A DNA stretch of 64,000 bases from the human T2T-CHM13v2.0 reference genome, Homo sapiens: NCBI RefSeq assembly GCF_009914755.1, contig NC_060937.1; one strand, given 5' to 3'. Position 1 is the first letter of the stretch; every line of letters begins with the position of its first letter. Position numbers and translations under genes: made by a program. This document shows, in pieces, positions 1 through 15,890 of this stretch. Below the pieces are notes generated by a model. That model saw only the letters and a program-made list of their open reading frames with translations. It made no database searches and was not told the origin of the DNA.

Positions 1-140
1 GTCAGGTTTCTGAATCCCTAGAGAAAGTAAAAATTTCCTTGGACACAATGGGTTTTCTTTGCTTCCTGCATGACAGTCACGAAGGGGAATCTGAAATAGA
101 GAACTTGAATATGCGGCTTGCTGAAGGGAAGTGTACTGTA

Positions 141-1124
<984 letters not shown>

Positions 1125-1832
1125 TAATATAAAGTTTACAGTTCCTGGGGTGAAAGCTCAGGCAGACCCTATCTATGCATTATTACAACGTACCATCAAT
1201 TCAAAACCATAAATTTGCAGAAACATCGTTGCTTTAATTCCTAAAATATTGAATATGAATAATAAAAATAATATATGCTTTGTCTTAGAAGCACCTTTTT
1301 AATATGATTGATGTGTATTGATCTGTTTCTTCATTCTAACGTGAACATTTCTGTAACAGTCATTTCCCCTGAAATATCTAACCTGTGGGTACCTGAGACA
1401 GCTTGTCAGTTAGGAAGAACAGTGGTGGCGATAGCCACGTAGGGCTGGTTTGGTCGTGAGTGCAAGTGTGGTTGCAGCAGCTAGAGCAGAGGACTGTGTG
1501 GAGAACATGGGTCAGGTCAGAAGGCAGTAGCCAGGAGGGATGCAGAGTCGAGAGAGAATTTGTTGATTGGAATGACTCAGGTTGACTTTCAGGATGAAGA
1601 GAAGGGGCCAATAGAGAGGGAAGAGAGGACAGTTGATGAGGCAGGCTCCAAGAGAGGAGGGCAAAGCGAGATCAGGGGCTCCAGTGAAATGCCTGAGTGT
1701 GATGAGAAGAGCGCTGTCTTGTGAGGCTAGAGAGGGAACCAAGGATGGGTGGGCCTGGGAAGGCTGGAGAGGTAGCCTGTCAGGGAGCTGCTAACCCACT
1801 TAGAAATACTCTTATTGACATAACAAGGTTTT

Positions 1833-2112
<280 letters not shown>

Positions 2113-5100
2113 TCAAAAGTTCAGTCGTGGGCACAAGTTGATTTTGCCTTACAGTCTTGATAGTGAAGGTGCATACTATTTTTAAAGCTGTATTCCTTAG
2201 ATACTACCATATTATCTAATGTTTCTAATAATGGAATTAGCAAAAAATGACTACATCATCCAAATTTGACTTTGTACTAACATACTTGGCGTACTCCATA
2301 TCCCTGAAGGTTAACAAGAGATAAATTTGGCCTAGACTGGTCTTTTCCTGAATTCATCACTTAAAAAAGGAAAAAAAGAATGGGGAGGAAAAGCCACGTT
2401 TTACTTTTATAATTTTTATTCCATCATTAAAAGTACAACTTGCTTTATGATCTGAAGAAATACCATCTAAGTCTTTCTATTAGGAACAAAAGTGAGCCTT
2501 TCAGGGAAAAAAAAAAAAGGAGCTGGGCTTAATCTGCATTAGCCCTTTGATGTATTCCCAGATTTTAAAAAGCTTCCCACTGTTCTCAGCCACGTTGAAA
2601 CAGACCCAGCCATGTGTCCGGCGCTGTCCTTTTCTCCTCTCAGCACACACTTAGCCGGAGACACCTTTTGGCCAATGGGCCAGGATTCTTCCATTGCATC
2701 TTCAGCATGTGACCGTTTGTGCTGGCTCATTGGGAGTTCCGCTGCTCAGTACTCCTTCCCCAGGCAAAGACTCTTAAGTTAATAATTGGTTCAGAAGAAT
2801 AAACTATACCGCCCTCTTGGTCTTCTTTTGGACATTTCTTTAAGATGAGGCTCTTACTGGTATATCTGGGGTACTTTATTGAGAAATAGAAAGTGCTAGC
2901 TGAAATAAGGCGTATCAGTCTAGAGTTAGGAAGTGAGAAATGCAATCGGTAAATTTTGCTTTTAAATAAAAATGGAAGCCCCATTTTAATTGTTGCCATT
3001 TCTAGTCATTTTATCATTTTTAACAGCCTGGTTTTCTATTTTAGAGAAGTTGCTGACCAATATTTAGAGAGCACCTCCCTAATCTGCACATCCTCTTGTG
3101 TGTGATGGTGAAGTGATGGGTTGGAATCGTTTTTAATGCTGTTTCCATTGATGGGACATTATTACCAGAAGGAGTGCTTTGTGCCAGCTGGTTTCATGGA
3201 TGGAGGAAAACAATCTGGGTTTCAGTTTCACAAATAGAAAAACAAAACCTGAGAGGAAAAGGAAGTAATTCGTTAGCAGTGGCCACTGTGCAGAGTAGGA
3301 TAACCTGCCTTCAAAGATTTTTGTTTCATGCACTATAATATAATGTTTAATAAATACTTTACTTCAAAGAACCTCACTACAAGAAAACTGGCCGCTTTCC
3401 TGCTATTCTTGTTCTCCGGCTCAGTATGACTATAAGTAGCTCATATCCGGTCCTCTGTGGTCTCAGGTGGTCGTTTGTGTTTATGATCCTTAAGCTGAAA
3501 CTGTAAGGACTGTGTCCCTATTTTAAGTCTTTAGCAGATCCACCGTGTTCTGCAGGAATTGACAGAGGCTCTCGTGAAACCCTTGACACTTTGACCCATC
3601 TTGAGGAAAATGCTTAGATGCTAAAAGCAGTGTGCATAGGGATTACGTCCTCCAAAAATAGAAAACTCTAAATTTACTAAGCAGGGAGTAGAGAAACTCA
3701 TCAGACTGCACCTCAAGTTTTTGATGTGTTCTGGTCGCCTCTGCACTCCCATTCTAGACTTCTAAACAACACGTTCAGGATCTCTGAGATAAAAGCTGGA
3801 CTGAAGTTACAGAAAGAGCATTAGAGATGTTTGAATTTTTCTTTTTTCCCCCCTGTAGATATATTTGGCATATGTAGAATTTGAGAGTCCACTATTGATA
3901 CCAGTTTCTTCCAGATATTAACACATATCAAATAGACAGCTAGAACTCAGAAGAAACTAATGGAGCTCTGAAAGAAACCATTGTTTTTTCCACTATAAAT
4001 CTTAACTCAACAGCATTTAGGGTCTGGGTGGAGCCAGTCACCCGGGCAGCTGCTTCACACCCATTTTGAATTAGCTGCCCAGTGCTTCTGGTGAGCACCT
4101 CGGTAGGAGCCACTGCTGTGAACTCTTTTGCAAGTTCTGGTGGTGACTGGTTTGGTTTTTATTGCTCCCTGTTTGATGCACTGATAGGACCTAGGGCTGT
4201 TCTTAGAAATATAGGCCTGAGACGACTTAAATTTCACACTGGTTTTGTCTTCCGTTTCCACATTCCTCTCACTGACTCTCCCTCCCTTCCTGCCCTCTCT
4301 CTCTCTCTCATATGAAATGAGTTTAAAATCAGAGGGGAAGGATTGCTTTAATATTTAGCAGTCTAAACAGAGGGGGACAGGGCTGAAGAGGAGGAAGGGA
4401 GTGAATGGGTGTAGAAGAGAAAAGCTGTTCCCACCCCATTGCTTTAATGACAGTGGAAAGGGTGCATGGATTGGGCCTGTGTTTCTCTATCAGCTACTTT
4501 GTTCTTTAAAGCACTGGCTAGCTAAGCCATCTCTTTCTCTCCCATATTTTGCCTCTTTGAGTGTTTGCCTAGAACCACTTAGCTGTGGCAGCCCTGCTGA
4601 TGGGGCAAGGTGCTCTGCAAGTTTCTAGGCAAGGTTTCTGGATCCATGTTGAAATTGAACGCAGATAGCACAACCATATTATAACAGCTACTTACAAACC
4701 AGTCAGCACATGTGTGGTGAGCATTTCTAGAGTTGAGTTATTGCTTAGGTCAATTGTAAGAGGAGTTTCTCTGAAAGAGTTCTGCTCTTTGAACTGGCAA
4801 CCCCAACTCTAGAACTTACAGAATTGTTTTTGTTAATTTTTCTGGCAAGAGATTCATCCAAGTTTCCTAAACGTACTACAAGGGTATATGTATACAGAGA
4901 CCTTAAGGAATGGCCAGCCATGCAAACCCTAGGGAACATCTTATCTGACAGTTCTTGGGATCCACAGTGGCTTGGGTCATAATGATAATACTGTAACTGG
5001 GAGAGCTGATGTATATGGAGCACTCAGTATGTGTGAGGCACCATAGATTCTCTCTTCATTTAATCTTCTCATGAGAAATACAGACGTTAAATAATTTTCC

Positions 5101-5882
5101 CAGGGTCACATAAGCTGGTACTAGGAATGAGGCTTAAAGCAGGGCTCTCTAAGAACAAAAGCTGTGATGCCTTAGCATCATTGACAGCAGCTCCCAGGTC
5201 TTACTCATCCTAGTGCAGTCCCGTTAGTCTACCTGAGCTCCCCCTAACACAGGAGTTGGCCTCTGCCCACTGGGGCTTTCATTCCCACTACCACCCACAG
5301 TTTCTGCATATGGCAGGTCGGAGCCCATCGTAGTGTCATGAGCCATTCTCTAAACCACCGTCTGCCTGAAAACTGCCTCATTCTCTGTCATTCCTGAAGG
5401 AAGGACTCTGGCTGGCCCATCTCATCTTTACTCACCTAGGTGTTCAATGGATCACTGGGTAATCTGAGGGTTGATGTTCTTCTTTAGTCTATCAACCAAT
5501 CCCAGAGATGGGAGGCAGGGCTTACATAACACTGTAAATACTGCCACCTGGGATGACTTCTGCGGGAGAAGTACTGAGACCCAAGTCCACCATGGGAACT
5601 AACTGGATAAGTTTCCGAAGATTTATGTCAGTAACATTCACCACCGTGTCCTTTGTATTCACAAAATAATTAGAAACTACCTGACTGTCCATCAATAGGA
5701 GTTTAGTTAAAGAAGTTTTGTTGTTCCATATGGCAGAATATTCATATGCAGCCATTAAAATAGTGATCAGGTAAATGTTTACAAACATGGAAAGATGCAA
5801 TATGAACTATATTGTAACATGAAAAAATAAAGTTAAAATGGCCCGTGTAGGATATTGCTTTGTTTTACAAACACAAAGTTGA

Positions 5883-6184
5883 GGCTGGGTGCAGTGGCTT
5901 ATGCCTATAATCCCAGCACTTTGGGAGGCCAAGGCAGGATGATCACTTGAGCCCAGGAGTTTGCGACTAGACCGGGCAACCTAGTGAGACCTCATCTCTG
6001 CAAAAAATTCAAAAAGTACAATAAGCCAGGTGTGATGATACATGCCCATGACCCCAGCTACTCAAGAGGCCGTGGTGGCAGGATCGCTTGAGCCCAGGAA
6101 GTCAAGGCTGCAGTGAGCTGTGATCGTACCACTGCACTCCAGCTTGGGTGACAGAGCAGAGAGACTCTGTTTCAAAAACAAAAA
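5883..6184 (+). mobile_element. Alu (AluJ-like)
   Basis: Alu consensus with J-type GCCCAGGAG / GGCTGCAGTGAGCTGTGATC. Confidence 0.9.
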
Positions 6185-6974
6185 GCCCCCACAAACATGA
6201 AAGGCTTAATCCAGGACTAGTAATAGTTGCCGAACTTGAGCGGAATTGTCTTCATGCTCTTATGTTAGCATCTGATATTTTATAATGAGCATATCCCTTA
6301 TAGATTCAGCAATATATTTGAAAAATACACCAAGGTAAAGGAGTTGTGCTAATTAAAAGTAGCTGAAATGAAAAATATTGATTATTGAGGAAGAAAAACA
6401 ATGAAAGTAAGACATAGAGGCCTCAGCAGTATTACTGATAACTCAATCATTGTTACCTGTATAATAGAACAAATTAAGGGCAGAGGTTCTGAACTGAAGC
6501 AGTGTTATTACTAAGGTGCTTGAAGGGGGGAACCCACATTTCTTTAATAGCAACACTCCAGGTTTCTAACATCTGGAAGTATCACACCATGAATTTTTTT
6601 TAACCCAGAAAAACTGGGAAAAACTTCAAATCACTGAATGACGTGTTAACCAAGTTTCTGACTTTAAGACTTTAAGATTATTGACTCTGAATTTACATAG
6701 AATTCTAAGAATTTCAGTTAGTTGATTGTGTGTGTGGTGTGATGTTTAAAATAAGTTTGGGAAATGCTGGGTTAAATTAATGTTTTTTATTTCAGGATGT
6801 CTCAAAATCTTTACTAAGTGGATGTCTGTTTTGAATCTCCAAGATGGAATATAGAATGCAGCATTTCTCAAATGGAATTTGACCACTGAGTCCTTGTTTT
6901 CTTTGGGCATGTACTAAGTAGCCTTTCCCAGAGCTCATTTTGTGGGATACCATAGGAAATGCTGCGTTGGGACC

Positions 6975-7282
6975 TTTTAATTAATTTATTTTTTGAGACA
7001 GGGTCTCCCTCTGTCACCCAGGCTGGAGTGCAGTGGCAGGATCATAGCTCACTACAGCCTCAAAACTCCTGGGCTCAAGCGATCCTCCTATCTCAGTTCA
7101 CTAAGCAGCTGGGACTACCGAAGCACACCACCACAGCCTGCTAATTAAAATAAAAAAAAAAAATGTAGAAACAAGGTGCCACTATGTTGCCTGGGCTGGT
7201 GTTGAACTCCTAGGCTCAAGTGATCCTCCTGCCTCTGTCTCCCAAAGTGCTGGGATTACAGGTATGGCCACTGTGCCCAGCC
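6975..7282 (-). mobile_element. Alu (AluJ-like)
   Basis: Reverse-complement Alu. Confidence 0.9.
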
Positions 7283-7337
7283 ATATATGTATATATATAT
7301 ATTTTTTAATGAAGCCACAAGCATTCTGCCTCTGTGC

Positions 7338-7642
<305 letters not shown>

Positions 7643-7745
7643 CTATATATTTTTTAAAAGCTTTTAAGAAACACAGTAATCTTTGAGTTGAGATTTTGAA
7701 AAAAATTGCAAAAATATTGCACATTAGCATTTTAAAGTTAGTGGA

Positions 7746-8046
7746 GGCTGGGCATAGTGGCTCACACCTGTAATCCCAATACCTTGGAGGCTGAGGCTGG
7801 AGGGTCGCATGAGCTCAGGAGTTTGAGACCAGCCTGGGCAACAACATAGTGGTATCCTGTATCTACAAGTTTTGTTTTTTTTTTTTTTTTTAATTAGCTG
7901 GTGTGGTGGTGCATACCTATAATCCAGCTACTCAGGAGGCTAAGGCAGGAGGATCACTTGAGCCCAGGAGTTTGAGCCTGCAGTGAGCTAGGATCGCATC
8001 ACTGCACTGCAATCTGGGCAGCAGAGCGAGACCCTCCCTCACAAAT
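7746..8046 (+). mobile_element. Alu (AluJ-like)
   Basis: Alu flanked by TSD (T)AAAGTTAGTGGA at 7733-7745 and 8046-8058. Confidence 0.9.
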
Positions 8047-8210
8047 AAAGTTAGTGGAAAGTGCTATAGTAAACTTTTCCCAGTTTTCCCCTAATCTGTT
8101 TTACCATGGGCCACTCCCTTACCCCCACTTTTATTTTTTTTCACATTAGCTATTAACATGCCCTGAAAGTAATGTTCCTTAGAATTCCATCAGGCAACAC
8201 TACTCTAGAT

Positions 8211-8706
<496 letters not shown>

Positions 8707-9799
8707 ACCTAGATGATTAGTCATAGGTAGTTGCATTTGCAAATTGACTAATTTTCTTTTTACACTCCAGCATGAATACATGCAATTGAACAGCTAATAT
8801 AGGTGTGTGTATGTGTGTGCACATATGTATACTAAAATATTGTAAAATGTCAAGTGTTGCAAATAACATTGTTAACTGAAAGTGACGGAATGGCCAGCCA
8901 AATTTATATTTATTGTGTCAAAAACAAAATGTACCAGACAATTAAGATAATTTTACCCAGGCCACTGCAGTAGGGGTAACGTTTATTAATGAGAAATGTC
9001 TCAGAGAAGAGGAAGAACTAGGGTTTTATAAATGCAGGTGAACAAGGGAGGGGTCCAAGAATTACGGGGTTCATGAAGAAGAGTGGAAGTCTATGGGGAA
9101 GGTGGCTTTGCCTCCAGCCATTTCCTGGGTTAAGAAAGAGGAGGAAGATTCTGTAACTGTTTCTGTGTTCTAGGAGCACGGGGCTCAGGGAAAGTTCAGC
9201 ATTGTCAGTTGTCAACAAAATCAGTAAGTGTTATTAAATACCCCATGGTGTGTGGTTCTGGCACTGAAATGGGGCTGTTTCCTAAGGCTCTGTCCATGGC
9301 CACCTCTGTCTGTTTCTGCATTCTGTCTTGCATTGCTTCTGTTGCCTATATCCTGGTCAGCACAGTTTATGGTGAATCATTGCTTATTGAAATAGAGACG
9401 GCAATAATGAAGCCAGCTATTATAAATTAGAGCAAATATACACATCCAATACGTTTTAAACGCATGTGATCTCTGGAGTAGTATCACTAGGTAGCTTCCA
9501 TTTCAGTTCGCCTTTGGTATATTACTGTACTCCAAAGAATATCATTTTTCCCTCTGTAAAATTTTCCTCATGAAAATGGTCACCATAGGTCTGATTTACT
9601 TTTTGGATCAGTAACAGGTCACAGCATAAATCCCATTCCTGCATCAAGGCGGAACAAGACCCTCACACTTTGGAGGGAGCTGAGTTCCTGTTTAGAAGAA
9701 CATGCACAGTTAGATAAATCTGTTCACACGGCTTAGATGATCAGAGCCAACATCTGATGACTATGAGCAAGGCACTTTTCTAAACATTTTTAGTATTTT

Positions 9800-9985
9800 C
9801 TGAACAGTTTTGTTGAGGTATACTTTACAGATAACATTCACCTCTTGAGCTGCAGTTCAATGAGTTCTCGTAAACTGAGTTGTGCAGCCATCACCACGTT
9901 CCAGTTTTAGCACATTTCCATCACCCCAAAAGTTCCTTTCTGCCTGTTTGCAGCCAATCCCTGCTCCCTGGCCAGCCACAGGCAA
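9800..9985 (-). mobile_element. L1MB-like 3'-end fragment
   Basis: 'ttgaggtatactttaca...ttgtgcagccatcaccac...catttccatcaccccaaaa'. Confidence 0.6.
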
Positions 9986-10164
9986 GCGCTGTCAATGTTT
10001 GGACAGTGTTGGATTACCTAATGGACTCTTCAAGACAGTCCTTTGGGGTGTTACTGTCATTCTCTGTTTTACACGGTGAAGAAGTGAGGCACTGAGGGCA
10101 CTCAGGGTGGTTTCAAATGACCGAGGCCAGGTGCTCAGGGCCCAGAACCCTCTTACCCCCTCCA

Positions 10165-10340
10165 ACTTCAGTGAGCTTCAAAATCACCTGCTGAGCTTGT
10201 TTGACCACAGACTTGTGGGCTCCACCCTTGAATTCCTGACGCCCTAGGTCTGGGATGGGGCTTGACAATTTGCATTTGTAAAAAGTTCCTGAATGCTGCT
10301 GCTGCTGCTGGTCAGGGAACCCTGCTTTAAGACCTCCTGG
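10165..10340. mobile_element. MER5A-like hAT element
   Basis: 'aaaatcacctg...aggtctgggatggggc...atttgcattt...gctgctggtc...ctttaagacc'. Confidence 0.65.
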
Positions 10341-11357
10341 TTTATGCAATTTCAAACATTGTAAGAAATAGTCACTCATGTGATTGGTTTGTGTGCTTGG
10401 TGTAGACTGTACGAGGATTTTTCAAAAGTAAGTATTGTTCATTCTAAAGGAAGGAAATGTATGTTATGAGATAGAATTATATAATAAACAGAACCATTAA
10501 ATGCCATCTGAAAAGTGGTGTTTTCAATGGCAGGAAGTAGCATTGCTGCGTATTTTGTGTGTGTGCGCAACTCAGCTTTGTGTCATTGTGTAACTTTAAT
10601 TTGAAAGAACATCACGTGACTGCTGTTTTCATTTCTGCCTTTTAAAAAGCAGACAGCTATTCAGAACAGCAAGAAGCAGACCCAAATTTTGTTTGTATGC
10701 CCCTAGTCATAGGCAAAAATGGAAAGGGTAATTTACCAAAAAAGAAGAAAATAGATAAAAAGGAGAAGAATGGAAAGAAAGTACTGACTCACTGCAAACA
10801 GCTGCAAAATGTTGCCCTTGGGATAGAGGTTAACTCGGTTGTGAAATAATGGCCAAAGCGGTGCACTCTTAATAACTTTTTTGTAGCCCTGGAGAAAGCT
10901 TCTGGATTGACTGTGAGAAGCTTGGCAGAAGGTGCTGCGGCCTGGTGGCTGGCTCAGCAGGAGGCCTGGGATTGAAAGCTCTCGGTTTGTACAAGCTCTT
11001 TTGGATTTGTAACGCTTTTATTTTAAATCTCCAATAAATGTAAATATTTTGGTCCCTTTTTTTCTCTATTTTTTAAAATAAAAATATTTTAGTGAATATG
11101 AGTTAAATGAGAATCAAGTGGCTTCTGGGCCTCCCTGAAAGATCAAGTGGAAGCACTGGATGACTCTAATGATGCCGAATTGTAATCCATAAAGCACCTG
11201 GGCAGAGTTCAATCAGAGGTCCCATTTCAGAAGTTTTTTGGAATGTAGGGAAAGAATTACTTAGAAAAGGTTCATCTACTTGGAGAGGAGATGGTTCAAT
11301 ATGACTTTTAGAAGAAGCCGCAGTCCCTGCCCCACAGGGGCTGCTTAGATTGCTTAG

Positions 11358-11669
<312 letters not shown>

Positions 11670-11780
11670 GGACTGTCTTCTCTCTAAGCAGTAAGAGACA
11701 GTGGGAACTGCAGAAGGGTGTTTGCAGCCTCATGCAGTTGACTGAATGAATTGGCCCCAGAGTCACCCCTAGCACCATCT

Positions 11781-12526
11781 TGATATGGACAGGAGGCAGG
11801 GAAATACTGGGTAGAAGAGGGTGGTTCCCCAGCAAAGGCCCCACCCTCAAGCCTGGAAATCCGGAGCCCTAAATGGGAACAGGCATTCCCATTTTTGTGC
11901 CCAAATGTTGCCTTTTGGCTCACCACGCCCCCCTCTCCTGTATCCATATAAACCCCAAACCCCAGGCTCCACAAGCAGAAGAGTGGCAGAGCAGTGCAGC
12001 AGAGAAGGAGAAAAGAAAAGGTGCTTCTGAACATTGAGAGGAGTTCGGCTGGGGAAGGTAGCAGAGATCAGCTATGGGATGACCAAACTCCAGGGGAAAG
12101 ATCATCTTCCCACTCTGTCCCCTTTCCAGCTCCGCATCTCTCACCGAGAGCCATCTCCATCACTCAGTAAAATCCTCACATTCACCATCCTTCATGTCTG
12201 GGTGACCTGATTCTTCCTGAATGCTGGACAAAGACTTGGGTACCAAGAGGGCAGGGCTTACAGGGCTGTCACCCTTATTCTCCGCTGAGCTGTTTTAACA
12301 CGTAGCCATCCGCAGATGGCAGCTTCTAAAAGAGCATTAATTGTAACAGACCCCCAGACACTACCATGGGGCCAGAGCCCAAAAGTGCTCACCCCAGCTC
12401 CTACACCTGCCCCTGCCCATCTGCGTGCTCTCCCTCCCATAAGGGGTTTGAGCACGTGTCGGCCAAGCAAACGAGCTTCACCCCTGTCACAAGTCCTGAG
12501 AGGAGTCAGGGAACTCTCCCATTTCA
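11781..12526 (+). mobile_element. Solo ERV1 LTR, MER50-like (about 746 bp)
   Basis: TG...CA termini (TGATATGGACAGGAGGCAGGGAAATACTGGG ... CTCTCCCATTTCA), TATAAA at 11947, AGTAAA at 12166, and a near-matching 4-bp TSD atct/ttct. Confidence 0.8.
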
Positions 12527-13145
12527 TTCTGACACAGGTGGGACTCAGCATTCTCAGACCTTCAAAGGCCTGTTGGGTGGATGTGGGGGTGTGCGTTGCC
12601 CCACCAAGCTGATGCCTGATCAGGGGAGGCCACTAGAATAGTCTCTTGTACAGCATCAGAGCCTCTTACTACAGTGAGCTTCTCCTGGGGCTTTCAGAGT
12701 ACGTCCGAGCTCCACACCAAGAAGAGAGCCAGCCCACGTGGATGCAGCTCGGTTCTTAGGGCTGACTTGAAACTTGATAAGACTGCCTCAAGCATGTGCC
12801 ACAACCCCAGTTCTTGCAAACCCCCACAGAGTCTTGAGAAATCCCTCTTGTGGTCCAAATTGGGGAAATATAGAATTAGTCAAAAGAAAAGGCTGAAGTC
12901 TTGGTCATCTACATGCTTGCAAATTCCAGCCTTCCTGGCCTGTGAGTGTTGCATGAATATAGCAGGAAGTCAGCACTCTCCATCTTTCACAAAACGTGAT
13001 GTGTTTCAGTCCGTGCCCGGTGAACACTATTCTCCACCTCCCTCCCTCCCAACTTGCTTGCTTTCAGCTTCTCTTTAAAGTACACCTTAAAATTCAATCT
13101 ATCATTCAGACATAGAGAGCAGTGGCATATGAGAAGCAAACATTT

Positions 13146-13453
13146 GGCTGGGCGCGGTGGCTCACGCCTGTAATCTCAGCACTTTGGGAGGCCGAGGTGG
13201 GCAGATTACGAGGTCAGGAGCTGGTGACCATCCTGGCCAACATGGTGAAACCCCATCTCTACTAAAAATACAAAAATCAGCTGGGTGTGGTGGTGCACGC
13301 CTGTAATCCCAGCTACTCAGGAGGCTGAGGCGGGAGAAGGGCTTGAAACCAGGAGGTGGAGATTACAGTGAGCTGAGATCATGCCACTGTACTCCAGCCT
13401 GGTGACAGAGGAGACTCTGTCTCAAAAAATAAATAAATAAATAAATAAATAAA
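13146..13453 (+). mobile_element. Alu (AluS-like) with (TAAA)n tail
   Basis: Alu consensus. Confidence 0.9.
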
Positions 13454-13638
13454 GGGCAAACTTTTACCAAGTTCTCATCTCTTAAGCCATTGTTTGTTTA
13501 ATGGAGTAGTAGATGATGTGGGTTGTTATCTAACAAGAACATTGTCCCTTGTGGGACTGCACTTAGCATTCACCTTCGGATGCCATGGCTAGGTCAGGAT
13601 GCCAGCCTAAGCAGTCTTGACTTTAGATTTGAAATTCC

Positions 13639-13931
13639 GGCCGGGTACGGTGGCTCACGCCTGTAATCCCAGCACTTTGGGAGGCCGAGGCAGGTGGATC
13701 ACCTGAGGTCGGGAGTTTGAGAACAGCCTGACCAACATGGAGAAACCCTGCCTCTACTGAAAATACAAAATTAGCCAGGCGTGGTGGTGCACGCCTGTAA
13801 TCCCAGCTACTCGGGAGGCTGAGGCAGGAGAATGGGTTTAACCCGGGAGGCAGAGTTTGCGGTGAGCCGAGATCGCGCTATTGCACTCTAGCCTGGGCAA
13901 CAAGAGCAAAACTCAAAAAAAAAAAAAAAAA
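13639..13931 (+). mobile_element. Alu (AluSp-like)
   Basis: GGTCGGGAGTT, CTGACCAACATGGAGAAA and CAACAAGAGC diagnostics. Confidence 0.9.
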
Positions 13932-14264
13932 TTTTGTAATTCCTTCAACACATTATAACATGACAAGTGCTTCTTGCCTTATCTACTAGTGAAGACTCTG
14001 CCCAGCCCGCTGGCTTCCTAACAGTCCTGTGGCGGTCTGTTCTTTCCTGTGTACACTCCTTAAATTGTGACATCCCTACTTCTGGAAAGCTCACCATTTC
14101 CTATACCCCTATTTGATTTATTTTATCCCAAGACTTATCTCAAATCCTCCCTGCTCCCAAAATCCTCCTCTCACTGCCTTAGTTCTCCCTCTGAAATTCC
14201 ATAGCATTTCATTTTCTCAACACAGACTCAGAGAAATTTGCTGGTAGGAGGGACCTTAGAGCTG

Positions 14265-14462
14265 CGATTCTCAACCGGGGCAGTATTGCCCCCGGGCATA
14301 TTCGGCAATGTCTGGAGACATACTTGGTTGTCACAGCTGGGAGGGAGTGCTATGGCATCTAGTGTGTGGAAGCCCGAGACCCCGCTAACCGTCCCACCCA
14401 ACACAGGACAACTCCAAAACAAAGATTAATCCAGGCTTTCGGCTGCTGTTGGGAAACTTGTC
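14265..14462. mobile_element. MER20-like hAT element
   Basis: 'ttctcaaccggggcagtattgccccc..ggcaatgtctggagacat..ttggttgtcaca..ggcatctagtg'. Confidence 0.75.
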
Positions 14463-15059
14463 CACATTACCACCACATACCTGGTTCCACAATTTACCTC
14501 TACATGTGCATGTTCCTGAGTAATTGCACACTTTGTAATGTCTCGTAGCCCCTATAGCTAGTCTAGTTAATTTCTGGTCATCATGGAAAATGCCACCTCT
14601 CTGAAATGGCCAGCACTGGAGAGACGCTACTGCTGCTGATGGTGAATGTCAGGGGACTACTAGGTGTCCCTTCTATTTTTGTTAACTTGTAGTTATTTGT
14701 AGGATGATTGCCTTTAGTGCAGAAAATTTTTTTTAAGTTTATAAAGCTTGTGAGAAAAATCCTTATTTGTAAAGAAGCTCAGTATTATTTTGAATGTTCT
14801 TGCTTCTCATTTATGACTACTCAATAAAGAAAATACCTTTTCCTGCTCTGCTGTCCAGTTTGTTGGGTTAATTTGGGAGATAGTGTCAGCACCCTGGAAT
14901 TGTGCCAACTTCCAATTATCACTCTGTGTAACCACTGACTTCAATTTCAAAGTAATTACTGCAGATTTTTCTCACTACCCTGAACATAGCCTACACGCTT
15001 TTAATCCTACACTTATTTTTTTTCCCATCTAAAAGGAAAACTTATTTTGATTTTGATAC

Positions 15060-15890
15060 TTTTTAATTTTTTAAAACTTATTTTGAAATAACTTAGACTT
15101 GGGAAAAGTTGCAAAACAATAATACAAAGAATGTCCAGATAATTTCACCCAGAGTCTGCAAATGTTAACATTTTATCAGGGTTGATTTATTGTGTATTCC
15201 TCTCTTTCTCTCTCTCTCTCTTCCCACCTCCACCATCTATATATGTAAATAATTGGTATCTTCTGAACCATTTCAGCAAATTGCTAACAATTCTTAAGTG
15301 TGTATTTCATCGACACAGGACAACATTCCCTTATGGAACTGCAATGCAGTACTGTTACCACAATTAGGAAACTGACATTGAAACAGCACCATTGTCTTAT
15401 CTACAAACCTTTCAAATTTTGCCAGTTTTCCTACTCTTTAAAATGTTTTCAAATTGTTGCCAGTTTACTCACTACAAAAAATACTGTCTTTAAAGCAAAA
15501 GAAAAAGAAGTGTTATTTTCTGGCCCAGGATCCGCTCAGAGTCACACCTTGCATTGACTTTTCCTGTCCTGTTGGTCTCCTGAATCTCGAATCGTTCCTC
15601 CGTTGTTCTTTGGCTTCCGTGATCTTGACATTTTTGAAGACAGGCCATTTATTTTGTCAAATGGCTCTCAATTTGGATTCATTTGGTGTTTCCTCACAGT
15701 CAGGTTGTTACTCATTTTTGGCAGGAACGTAACGGTGGTGCTGCTGCGTTGTCCTCGTTGTCCCCTCTCGGGAGGCGCATGTTCACGTTTCTCTTTGTCC
15801 CACTGTTAATGGCATCACTTTGATCATTTGGTTCAGGTGGTGTTTGTCCCTTTCTCCACTCTGAAGTTACTACTTTCCTTTTTCCATTTA
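15060..15890 (-). mobile_element. L1MC-like 3'-end fragment
   Basis: 'ttattttgaaataacttagact..aaaagttgcaaaa..cacccaga..aatgttaacatttta'. Confidence 0.6.

Noticed and set aside
8920-9330. Possible old antisense LTR remnant
   Set aside because: Resemblance is too weak to assign family or boundaries by eye.
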